From assembly GCA_963809485.1 (NCBI GenBank), contig CAWEJX010000006.1, positions 128,001 through 192,000 of the forward strand: 64,000 nucleotides of DNA. The letters are read 5' to 3'. The stretch's first letter is position 1. Each line of letters begins with the position of its first letter. Of the stretch, positions 39,863 through 49,031 are shown one piece after another. This DNA is from an uncultured Acidobacteriota bacterium (lineage in GTDB: Bacteria; Acidobacteriota; UBA6911). A program made the translations under genes and the position numbers. The notes under the pieces are model-generated. The model was not told the DNA's origin. It saw only the letters and a list, made by a program, of their open reading frames with translations, and did no database searches.

Positions 39863-40675
39863 ATGCAGGTCCTGATGGAGTTCATGGAGCATTTTGGCAT
39901 CCGCCCGGGCGGACCTCCGCGGCAGTTGCTCGAAAATGTGGTTACGGCTTTTGCCGGTCTGCCCTATGAAAATATCACCAAGATAATCAAGCGGGCAGAG
40001 GCCGGAAGCCCCGATAAAGCCAGGCGCTACCCGGAAGAAGTAATCCGGAATCACATCGACTGGGGAGCCGGCGGAACCTGTTTTTCGCTCACATCGGCGC
40101 TCATGCATCTGGTGCGCTGCCTCGGCTGGCAAGCGGAATATATCCTGGCCGACAGACGCTATGGGCAGAATACGCATTGTGCGCTGCTGGTGTGGGTGGA
40201 GGATGATCCTCATCTGCTGGATCCCGGATTCCTCATCGTCCGGCCGATACCGCTCTCCGGAGTCCCCGTTCGGAGCATCGATACCGGAGTCAATCGCCTC
40301 ATAATCGCGGCGGGAGAGCGCGCAGACCGGGTTTCCCTTTCCACCCTGCGTGATGGCGCCGAAACCTACCGCCTGACTTACAAAACGAATCCCGTGGATC
40401 AGGGGGAGTTCTTACGGGCATGGGATGCATCCTTCGGCTGGGAGATGATGCGGTATCCGCTTTTGACGCGCAATGCGGGCGCGGAGCAGATTTACCTCAG
40501 AGGGTCCAGGCTTCAGATCACCAGAACCGGTTTCGTTGAGAGTTCTGAGATTGCCGGTGAAAACCTGGCTGCGAGAATTGCCTCTGAATTCCGCTTGAAT
40601 CCATCGTTGATCCGTCAGGCCTTTTCCATTTTGGCGGAGAGGGGGGAAATGCATGGCAAAAGCTCAGGACGCTGA
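39863..40675 (+). CDS. Arylamine N-acetyltransferase family protein
   Basis: LPYEN, GGTCF (Cys), THCALLV (His) and LLDPG (Asp) triad pattern. Confidence 0.8.
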   Translation: MQVLMEFMEHFGIRPGGPPRQLLENVVTAFAGLPYENITKIIKRAEAGSPDKARRYPEEVIRNHIDWGAGGTCFSLTSALMHLVRCLGWQAEYILADRRYGQNTHCALLVWVEDDPHLLDPGFLIVRPIPLSGVPVRSIDTGVNRLIIAAGERADRVSLSTLRDGAETYRLTYKTNPVDQGEFLRAWDASFGWEMMRYPLLTRNAGAEQIYLRGSRLQITRTGFVESSEIAGENLAARIASEFRLNPSLIRQAFSILAERGEMHGKSSGR

Positions 40676-41186
40676 TCCCGTCAAGCTTTTCGTTGCCGTG
40701 CTCTGGGCCCGCCCGGAAGCGCTGCAGAACGCGATGGCCGAGTTGATCTCCCACTGGGGGGAGATCGACTTCAGCGGCTCGGATCACCCTTTCGACGCTA
40801 CCGATTATTACGAGCCCGAGATGGGCAGGGATCTGAATCGCCGACTGGTGTCTTTTCTTCATCTGGTGCCGCCGGAAAGCCTGTGCCAGGCAAAGCATAT
40901 CTGCAATGAGATAGAGGACCGCCTCTCCGGAGGAAAGGGGCGGCTGGTGAATCTGGACATCGGATACCTGGACCACAACAAAATCGTCCTCGCCAGCTTC
41001 AAAAGCGCCGGGCAGAAAATATTCCTGGGCAATGGAGTTTGGGCCGACCTGGTCGCGCGCTACCGCGAAGGGAAATATCGGCCTTTTGAGTGGACTTTTC
41101 CCGATTTTCGCGACGACCGCTACGGTACGGAATTGCTTAGGATACGCTGGACCTATCTGGGGCAAATACGGGAAAAAATGACCTAG
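40653..41186 (+). CDS. DUF4416 family protein
   Basis: F..TDYYE.EMG, R.VNLD.GYL, VLASFK, IFLG.G and F.WTFPDF motifs. Confidence 0.85.
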   Translation: MAKAQDADPVKLFVAVLWARPEALQNAMAELISHWGEIDFSGSDHPFDATDYYEPEMGRDLNRRLVSFLHLVPPESLCQAKHICNEIEDRLSGGKGRLVNLDIGYLDHNKIVLASFKSAGQKIFLGNGVWADLVARYREGKYRPFEWTFPDFRDDRYGTELLRIRWTYLGQIREKMT

Positions 41187-41243
41187 CTCCATTCAGTCCA
41201 TTTTGGATAAAATCCTGCATTTTGCAATTTGTGTAATTACATT

Positions 41244-41636
41244 GGTAAATCCCCGGTTCTGCCGGGGGACTCAAAGAGTTTGACAGCTCCGTATTTTGAA
41301 ACGCTGAGAAACGCTGATAAAAGCGCTGACAAACGCCGATTTGTTCGGCGTGGGTCGGCGAGCAAAAGCCGATGAGGCGCTTCCGATGGAGTTTTCTGCG
41401 GCGGCACTGTGGCAAACGCCCGGTTTCTCATACCCTTCATCTCCTTGCCTCACGGCGCTTGCCACAGTGCCGCCGCAGAAAACTGTCCAGCGCGGAGCGC
41501 TGGCCCCTGCGGGGATCGGAAGCGCCTCATCGGCTTTTGCCCGCGTAAGTCAGCGTTCAAGACCGGCGTAACTCCTCCAACCGCTTTGAGCGGTTCAAAT
41601 CTTTCAAGCATCCGGCCTTGCCGAAGGTGCCTGACT
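41244..41636 (+). mobile_element. IS200-like non-autonomous element with nested palindromic cargo
   Basis: Same left and right ends as the 24090 copy. Internal inverted repeats gcaaaagccgatgaggcgcttccgat/atcggaagcgcctcatcggcttttgc and ttctgcggcggcactgtggcaa/ttgccacagtgccgccgcagaa. Confidence 0.8.
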
Positions 41637-41659
41637 CCGGGATTTTTGCAGCGTCAAAT

Positions 41660-42030
41660 AATAATTAGGGGCTCCGGTCGAGGGTGATCGGAGCCCCTTG
41701 TTCGCAGCAGGCTTTATTGGCGGGAACGGTCTCACGGGGATGAGACCGCCGTTTGGGATGGGTGTTTGCTCGCGCTCCTTGAATTATCTGGCGTGGGGGT
41801 ATTCTTCGCTGCCGGCCCCCCCTATCTTTGCCGGGAACGGAGGATGATCCCCCACAACTCGTTATCTGCGAAGGGATTAACCTTCGCATCATGATGACCG
41901 GTGGCGTGCCGGCATTCCCACAATTGCCATGCCGGCACGCTTCCTGCTTTAGCCTTTGGATCTACCTGCTCAGGAAGAACCTGTTGCTGCCTTCAGCTCT
42001 TTTCTGAAACAGGTTCCGTTCCAACAAACA
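41660..42030 (-). ncRNA. Candidate structured non-coding RNA (unassigned)
   Basis: Six consecutive hairpins plus a terminator-like hairpin, and a possible 5'/3' closing helix. Putative TTGAGG-N18-TATCAT promoter upstream. No credible ORF. Confidence 0.45.
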
Positions 42031-42247
42031 ACTTATTATGATAGCCATTTAAGACCTTCTGCCTCAATTAAACAATTCGTGCAAATACCCATTTCAACAT
42101 GGGTAGAAGTACTCATCGGACCGCTCCTGCGCATGGACCTGACAATCCGTTGGGAGATCCCGCGGCTCTGCCGGGGCGGCAGTACGAGTTTGACAAATCC
42201 CGGATTTTTTTATTCCCGGGTTCGGTAAAACCAAGAGGATATACACT

Positions 42248-42340
42248 GGAATATCGAATGTAGAATTTCGAATATCGAACCGCAGAAGCTATCGCCACAC
42301 TTCGATATTCATCATTCGTTATTCGACATTCTGCGTTTCA
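42248..42340. repeat. Inverted heptamer array (AATATCG/TTCGATA-type)
   Basis: gaatatcgaatgtagaatttcgaatatcgaac ... ttcgatattcatcattcgttattcgacattc. Confidence 0.6.
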
Positions 42341-42504
42341 AATAGCTTGAAAGACATTTAATGCGCATGAAACTTCCTTTTTATCGGTAGCGACTAGGCC
42401 CTATTGAGAGGCCGGAAAACCCAGGATCGAGAGGATGGCATTTGCAGACCTGACATCGAATCCAAGCTATGCTATGCTGCCCCATCCCACTTTGGAGGAA
42501 AGTT

Positions 42505-43815
42505 ATGATCGACACGAAAATTACTTTGCCGGAATCTGAAATCCCTACGCATTTTTACAATATTCAGCCTGATCTGCCGACACCTCTTGCTCCGCCTCTG
42601 CATCCGGCGACTAAAGAACCTTTGGGTCCGGAAGCCCTGACACCGATTTTTCCCATGGGCGTCATCATGCAGGAAATGTCGCAGGAACGCATGATCGAAA
42701 TTCCCGACCAGGTCCGCGACATCTATCGCCTCTACCGGCCGAGTCCCATATTTCGCGCCAGGGCCCTGGAGGAGGTGCTCGATACGCCGGCCAAAATTTA
42801 CTATAAGTCCGAGCACGTAAGCCCGGTCGGCAGCCACAAGCTCAACACGGCTCTCATGCAGGCCTACATTAACAAACAGGAAGGCGTGAAGCGCATCGCC
42901 ACAGAAACCGGAGCCGGCCAGTGGGGAAGTGCGCTGGCCTGCGCCTGCAAATTGATGGGCCTCGAATGCATGGTTTATATGGTGCGGGTGAGCTACGATC
43001 AGAAGCCGTACCGCAAGATCATGATGAAGACCTACGGTGCCGACGTTGTCCCCAGCCCTTCTGAGCTGACCGAGGCTGGCAGAAAAGCTCTTGCGGAAGA
43101 TCCAGGATCTCCGGGGAGCCTCGGCCTTGCAATTTCTGAGGCCGTGGAGGACGCCGTCAAGCGCGATGATACCCGGTACTCCCTGGGCAGTGTGCTGAAT
43201 CACGTGCTGCTGCACCAATCCGTAATAGGTCAGGAGGCGATCAAACAGATGGAAATCGCGGGAGACTACCCGGACATACTGATAGCGTGCCACGGTGGAG
43301 GAAGCAATTTCGCCGGATTAGTCTTTCCGTTTTTGAATGATAAAATCAACGGATCCCGAAAGAACCTTCGGGCGATCGCCGTGGAGCCAAAAGCATGTCC
43401 GACGCTTACCCAAGGACCTCGCGAATACGACTTCGGAGATGTTGCAGGAAACACACCGCTTCTGCTGATGCACACGCTGGGGCATAAATTCATTCCGCCT
43501 CCCGTACATGCCGGCGGGCTGCGGTATCACGGCTCTGCGCCCCTGGTCAGCCACGTGCTTGCTGCCAAACTAATTGAAGCGGAAGCCTACAGTCAGGGAG
43601 AGGTCTTCGCCAGCGCCGTGAAATTCGCGCAGTGTGAAGGCACTATTCCGGCGCCCGAAAGCGCGCATGCGGTTCACAGCGCGATCGTGCATGCGCTCAA
43701 GGCGCGGGAATCCGGAGAGAAAAAGGTCATACTCTTCGGTCTTTCCGGACACGGCCACTTCGACCTGAGCGCTTATGAATCCTATCTTTCAGGGACGATG
43801 GATCTGAATTCGTAG
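42505..43815 (+). CDS. trpB2: TrpB-like PLP enzyme (stand-alone TrpB2)
   Basis: [49 protein letters not shown] and PAPESAHA motifs. No trpA nearby. Confidence 0.93.
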   Translation: MIDTKITLPESEIPTHFYNIQPDLPTPLAPPLHPATKEPLGPEALTPIFPMGVIMQEMSQERMIEIPDQVRDIYRLYRPSPIFRARALEEVLDTPAKIYYKSEHVSPVGSHKLNTALMQAYINKQEGVKRIATETGAGQWGSALACACKLMGLECMVYMVRVSYDQKPYRKIMMKTYGADVVPSPSELTEAGRKALAEDPGSPGSLGLAISEAVEDAVKRDDTRYSLGSVLNHVLLHQSVIGQEAIKQMEIAGDYPDILIACHGGGSNFAGLVFPFLNDKINGSRKNLRAIAVEPKACPTLTQGPREYDFGDVAGNTPLLLMHTLGHKFIPPPVHAGGLRYHGSAPLVSHVLAAKLIEAEAYSQGEVFASAVKFAQCEGTIPAPESAHAVHSAIVHALKARESGEKKVILFGLSGHGHFDLSAYESYLSGTMDLNS

Positions 43816-43991
43816 GAATCCCCGGAAACAATATCGCACAATATTGCGCAACACCGCGCAACGCGGCGAGCCGAAGGGTGCGCGGACCATTATTCATTAG
43901 CAGGGGCGGCCGCAATGCCGCCCCCTGCAAAACCGCAATATTCGCCGGCGGCGCCCGGAGCAATGGAACGTCGGTGATGCGATGTTTCTGT

Positions 43992-44235
43992 CTATTTGGC
44001 GCGTTTTGCGACAAATTCCTCGTTGGCCATGTCGGCTACATTGCGCGTGAACTTGATCTCGTCTCCGGATACTTTCCCCTTGTAGACGATCTTGACTTCC
44101 TGACTCTGATACTTCTGCATTTCCGTGAACGAGATCTCGTCGCCGCTGATCTTGCCTTCCAGTATATCGGATTGCGAGGGCGCTCCCGCGATGTCAGCCG
44201 AAGCTTTGCCCGTCAGCTTGTCCCCTGCGTTCAAT
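43992..44235 (-). pseudogene. C-terminal remnant of a small secreted beta-rich protein
   Basis: GDKLTGK...EGKISGDEISF.E...IVYKGKVSGDEIKFTR.V..EEFVAKRAK. Lacks an N-terminus and signal peptide. Confidence 0.55.
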
Positions 44236-44412
44236 CTGATCCCGGCCAGGGCTTCAATAACGCCAATCACGGCCGAATTATCCAGCTCGGCCATGTTCAT
44301 GTACCGCCTCTCGGCTCCGGTTATGAACGACAAGGGGGAATCCGGCCCCTAATATGTTCCGGGCGATGGATTTGCCCATGATACCCAGTCCTATGTAGCC
44401 AATGATGGGCAT
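44236..44412 (-). pseudogene. Internally deleted beta-hydroxyacid dehydrogenase (GarR/MmsB-like)
   Basis: N-terminus MPIIGYIGLGIMGKSIARNIL.AGFPLVVHNRS is joined out of frame to a C-terminus-like AELDNSAVIGVIEALAG. Confidence 0.65.
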
Positions 44413-44570
44413 GAAACACTCCTTATAGAAAAAAAGGCGCGTCCGGAACAGCCTGTCCGCAGTCGCATGGAGGCTTGGGAGTTCCAGGTTTTCAATTGAA
44501 CAAAAGGCTCCGTCTGCATATACTTTGCGGTTTGCAGTTTTAAAATCCAATATAGCTAGCAGAGGGAATT

Positions 44571-46964
44571 ATGTACCAGGTGATTAGGCGAGAGCAATTC
44601 GGTCCGGTCACTTTTCTTTGGGAGGTTGTTGCTCCCGAGGTGGCCAAATCATGTCAGCCAGGTCATTTCGTCATGGTACGCATCGATGAGACGGGGGAAC
44701 GCATCCCCTTGACGGTTGCGGACTTCGACCGAGATAAGGGCACAGTGACAATTGTTGTCCAGGCTGTAGGCAAAACAACGCATCAGATGATGGCTCTTCC
44801 TGAGGCATCATCGGTGGTCGATTTCATCGGCCCGCTGGGATTGGCCTCCCATCTGGAAAAACGCAAAAAGGCAGTGCTTGTCGGCGGAGGTTTGGGAGTT
44901 GCTCCGGTCTTCCCGCAATTGAGACGCCATAAGGAGTTAGGAACCTACACGATATCGGTGATCGGCTTCCGGAACAAGGATCTGATGTTCTGGGCGGACC
45001 AGTTTTCCAGGCATTCGGACGAATTCCGTGTTGCGACGGACGACGGTTCCTACGGTACCAAAGGCTTCGTGACCGTCGTGCTCGACCAGGTTCTGAAGGA
45101 ACACAAGGATATCGAAGAAGTTATTGCCATCGGCCCCCTTCCGATGATGAAAGCCTGCGCCGAGATGACACGGCCGCTGGGCATACGCACCATGGTCAGC
45201 CTGAACTCCATCATGGTGGACGGTACCGGCATGTGCGGGTCCTGCCGCGTGACCATCGGCAACAAAATGAAGTTTGCCTGCGTCGACGGTCCCGATTTCG
45301 ATGGTCATCAGGTCAATTTTGACGAATTGATGCTTCGCCAGAAGCGTTTTGAATGTGAAGAGCAGGAATGCCTGAAGCGCTACGAGGAAGAGCGCAAAAA
45401 ACTGGCAGAAATTGGAAAGGGCGGACCCAATCCGGCGGTCGTTACGGCGCGTCAAAGGCCGAGAATTGAAGACATGCCGGAAGTTCCCGTCCCCGTGCCT
45501 CCTCCCGCCGGCAAAGTCGTAAAGAGCATCAAAACCATCGCTCCGAAACGCACGGCGATGCCCGAGCAGGACCCGGTTGTCCGCAGCAAAAATTTCGAAG
45601 AGGTTGCCCAGGGCTACACTCTGGAAATGGCGCTCGCCGAGGCAGACCGCTGCCTCCAGTGCAAGAAGCCGAAGTGCGTCCCCGGATGCCCGGTCGAGAT
45701 CGATATCCCGGGCTTTATTGGGGCGCTGGCGCGCAAGGACATCAGGGAGTCCTACAGGATTCTCAAGGACGCAAATGCGTTGCCGGCTGTCTGCGGCCGT
45801 GTCTGCCCGCAGGAGGTGCAGTGCGAGGCAACCTGCGTCCTCAACAACAAGCTTGAACCGGTTGCCGTCGGGCGCCTCGAGCGGTTCGTGGCCGATTTTG
45901 CCGTGGGACGCGGATGGGATAAGGCTCCCGAGTTCAAGCGCACGGGCAAGAAGGCGGCCATCATCGGTTCCGGCCCCGCAGGGCTTGCCTGTGCCGGCGA
46001 TCTGATCAAGGCAGGCGTGGATGTTACTGTTTACGAAGCCCTCCATGTTGCGGGCGGAGTGCTTAAGTACGGTATCCCGGAATTCCGTCTTCCCAACGAT
46101 ACTATTGACATCGAGATCGATGGCCTGGCCAAACTGGGAGTCAAGTTCGAGCGCGACTGCATCATCGGCAAACTTTTCACGATTCCCCAGTTGATGTCTG
46201 AGAAGGGATACAACACGGTATTCGTCGCCACGGGAGCGGGGAGCCCGAAATTCATGGGCATTCCGGGTGAAGCCTACAACGGCGTCGTCTCGGCCAACGA
46301 ACTCCTGACGCGCATCAACCTCATGCAAGGCTTCCGGCAGCCGCTTTACGACACTCCGGTGGGAATGGGAAAACGCGTGGCCGTCATCGGTGCAGGGAAC
46401 ACTGCCATGGACGCAATGCGCGTTTCGATGCGCATGGGCGCCGAGAAGGTGTACCTGGTGTACCGGCGGAGCATCAAGGAATCGCCGGCGCGTGCCGAGG
46501 AACTGCATCACGCCATCGAGGAAGGCATCATCGCCAAATGGCTCACCAATCCTGTGCGCATCATAGGCAACGATGCGGGCTGGGTGACGGGCATGGAAGT
46601 GATTTCGATGGAGCTCGGCGAGCCCGATGCCTCCGGCCGGCGCAGCCCGATCCCCAAGAAGGGCTCCGAGCACATGTTGGATGTGGATATGGCGGTCTAT
46701 GCTTTGGGCACCTCGGCCAATCCGATCATTGCCCAGAGCACGCCCGGTTTGAAGGTCAACCGCTGGGGATATATAGAAATCGACGAGGTCACCGGCATGA
46801 CATCCGTGCCGGGATTGTTTGCCGGCGGCGACATCGTGACCGGGTCGGCAACCGTTATTTTGGCCATGGGAGCCGGGCGGCGTGCCGCCCGCGGCATGCT
46901 GCATTACATGGAGCTGGGACCCATGCCGGAAAAGAAGGCAGCCGTACCGGCCAAAGGCGAATAG
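44571..46964 (+). CDS. Fused NfnA-NfnB electron-bifurcating transhydrogenase
   Basis: N-half GERIPLT, GGGLGVAP and MVDGTGMCGSCRV..CVDGPDFD. C-half EADRCLQC, VCGRVCPQE.QCE, GSGPAG, YGIPEFRLP and GGDIVTGSATVILAMGAG. Confidence 0.92.
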   Translation: MYQVIRREQFGPVTFLWEVVAPEVAKSCQPGHFVMVRIDETGERIPLTVADFDRDKGTVTIVVQAVGKTTHQMMALPEASSVVDFIGPLGLASHLEKRKKAVLVGGGLGVAPVFPQLRRHKELGTYTISVIGFRNKDLMFWADQFSRHSDEFRVATDDGSYGTKGFVTVVLDQVLKEHKDIEEVIAIGPLPMMKACAEMTRPLGIRTMVSLNSIMVDGTGMCGSCRVTIGNKMKFACVDGPDFDGHQVNFDELMLRQKRFECEEQECLKRYEEERKKLAEIGKGGPNPAVVTARQRPRIEDMPEVPVPVPPPAGKVVKSIKTIAPKRTAMPEQDPVVRSKNFEEVAQGYTLEMALAEADRCLQCKKPKCVPGCPVEIDIPGFIGALARKDIRESYRILKDANALPAVCGRVCPQEVQCEATCVLNNKLEPVAVGRLERFVADFAVGRGWDKAPEFKRTGKKAAIIGSGPAGLACAGDLIKAGVDVTVYEALHVAGGVLKYGIPEFRLPNDTIDIEIDGLAKLGVKFERDCIIGKLFTIPQLMSEKGYNTVFVATGAGSPKFMGIPGEAYNGVVSANELLTRINLMQGFRQPLYDTPVGMGKRVAVIGAGNTAMDAMRVSMRMGAEKVYLVYRRSIKESPARAEELHHAIEEGIIAKWLTNPVRIIGNDAGWVTGMEVISMELGEPDASGRRSPIPKKGSEHMLDVDMAVYALGTSANPIIAQSTPGLKVNRWGYIEIDEVTGMTSVPGLFAGGDIVTGSATVILAMGAGRRAARGMLHYMELGPMPEKKAAVPAKGE

Positions 46965-47024
46965 CTTTTTCTCGCCTGTCCTCTAATCGGTCGAATGTGC
47001 AGGGGACAGCGGATCGGCAAATTT

Positions 47025-47066
47025 TTAAAGGGGGATTCCGGGCGTATGTCCGGAATCCCCCTTTAA
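47025..47066. terminator. Long GC hairpin after nfnAB
   Basis: ttaaagggggattccgg/ccggaatccccctttaa. Confidence 0.7.
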
Positions 47067-47460
47067 TCACAAGACCCATCCCGCCCGATCGTCATACCGG
47101 GATCCACCCGGATCATCATCCTCCAAATTGCCATTGCCGCTTGCGGAGAATGATTGCCGCCGGTAGATGGGTTCCGAGTGAATTCGTGTGTTCCGCGGCC
47201 CCAAAATGAGGGACTCCGAGCGGCCTTATTATTTCTTGAATTCGGGACATAAACGAGAGTATGGTGATCCGACACCTCATTTTCGCGCGGTTTGGGTGTG
47301 CATCATGGTTATGTATTTCTTATAACCTTCAACCGGGCAATTAAAGTTTCAGGGTAATTCGTCAGGGGCAAAGGAATCCACCGATTCCAGGGAAACGTGG
47401 GCGACAAGCTCATAGGATTGTTTTTAGCCTCAGGTTTTACCAATTCAGACGGAGGATAGA

Positions 47461-48822
47461 ATGGCCACCGAAGAAAAGAAAATGACCAAGGAGGAGTTGC
47501 TGGCCAAGGCATACAAGCCCGCACAGGATGCGATGAAACTTCATCCGTTCTTCACGGGAAAGCTGGAGACTTCACCGAAGTGCTGCATTCGGGATTTTGA
47601 TGATTTTGCCATCTGGTACACGCCAGGCGTGGCTGAAGTGTGCAAGGACATCTTCAAGCATCCCGAGAAGGTATTCGAGCATACCAACAAAGGGAACATG
47701 GTAGCAGTTGTTTCAGACGGCACCCGCATCCTGGGCCTGGGCGACATCGGCCCCGAAGCCGGATTGCCGGTCATGGAAGGGAAAGGCATTCTCTTTAAAT
47801 ACCTCGGGGGTGTGGATGCATTCCCGATCTGCCTTAATACCAAAGATCCGGATGAGATCATCCGGACAGTAGAGCTTCTCCAGCCGTCTTTCGGCGGGGT
47901 GAACCTCGAAGATATCTCACAGCCCAAATGTTTCTACATCCTCGCTGAATTGCGCAAGCGCTGCAAGATCCCGGTCTGGCATGACGACCAGCAGGGAACT
48001 GCGACAGTTTGCCTGGCCGGGTTGATCAACGCCCTGAAGATCGTCGGAAAGCGAATTGAGGACGCAAAAATCACCCTGGTCGGCGCGGGCGCGGCGAACA
48101 TCCGGATCGGCACGGTCTATATGGCCTATGGAGCGAGGCCCGAGAATCTGATCTTCGTGGATACGAAGGGAACGCTGCACAGGGGCCGTACCGAGCTTAA
48201 GGATACGCACCCGGATAAATGGCACATGTGCCAGATCACGAATAAAAACAATCTGGTTGGCAATGTCGAAGAAGCGATGCGCGGAGCCGATGTGCTTTCC
48301 GCCGCCTCCACGCCCGGACCGGATACTATCAAAAAAGAATGGGTAGCCGGCATGGCAAAGGATCCCGTCGTTTTCATCACGGCCAACCCGATCCCGGAGA
48401 TGTGGCCATGGGATGCCAAGGAAGTTGGCGCCCGCGTCATCGGAACCGGCCGGTCGGATTTCCCGAATCAGATCAACAATTCCCTTGGATTCCCCGGCAT
48501 CTTCAGAGGAACGCTGGATGTGTCGGCTACAACCATCACGGATGAGATGTGCATTGCCGCGGCGTCCGAGCTTGCGAAATGTGCCGAGGATCGGGGCATT
48601 TCTCCGGACTATATAGTCCCGAAGATGGATGAGCCCGATGTTTTTGTCCGGGAAGCTGTCGCCGTCGGCATGAAGGCGATCGAGCAAGGTGTGGCGCGCA
48701 AAATCCTGACGCGGGATCAGCTTTTCAAACAGGCCGATTTCATGATCAGCCGAGCCCGCAGGGAAACCCAATTAAAGATGAGGGAGCAAATTATCCCTAC
48801 CGTTCCCGACGCTTTGAAATAA
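47461..48822 (+). CDS. NAD(P)-dependent malic enzyme
   Basis: YTPGVA, DGTRILGLGDIG, PVMEGK, NLEDI, HDDQQGT, ATGRSD-like and NQINN motifs. Confidence 0.95.
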   Translation: MATEEKKMTKEELLAKAYKPAQDAMKLHPFFTGKLETSPKCCIRDFDDFAIWYTPGVAEVCKDIFKHPEKVFEHTNKGNMVAVVSDGTRILGLGDIGPEAGLPVMEGKGILFKYLGGVDAFPICLNTKDPDEIIRTVELLQPSFGGVNLEDISQPKCFYILAELRKRCKIPVWHDDQQGTATVCLAGLINALKIVGKRIEDAKITLVGAGAANIRIGTVYMAYGARPENLIFVDTKGTLHRGRTELKDTHPDKWHMCQITNKNNLVGNVEEAMRGADVLSAASTPGPDTIKKEWVAGMAKDPVVFITANPIPEMWPWDAKEVGARVIGTGRSDFPNQINNSLGFPGIFRGTLDVSATTITDEMCIAAASELAKCAEDRGISPDYIVPKMDEPDVFVREAVAVGMKAIEQGVARKILTRDQLFKQADFMISRARRETQLKMREQIIPTVPDALK

Positions 48823-48843
48823 GCCGGACTGGACTTGGTTGAT

Positions 48844-48908
48844 GCACAAAACGGGGACGCCCGCTCGAACGACCACAGCATTGAGCGACGCGTCCCCCGT
48901 TTTTTGCA
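48844..48908 (+). terminator. Imperfect hairpin after malic enzyme
   Basis: aaaacggggacgc...gcgtcccccgtttttt. Confidence 0.55.
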
Positions 48909-49031
48909 GGGCGGCAATCCCTCCTGCGTCGACCGAGCAACCGCGCGCTGCACGCGGATCCTGCCGATATCCGGACTGGAATTCATTCCATTCGTGCCTA
49001 TTCGTGGCTGATTTTTCTTTTCTGGAGAGGA

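Noticed and set aside
41660-42030. tmRNA, RNase P, SRP or a small ORF (41665-41892)
   Set aside because: No tRNA-like ends, GAGGAAAGUCC or SRP loop. The ORFs lack an RBS and protein-like composition.
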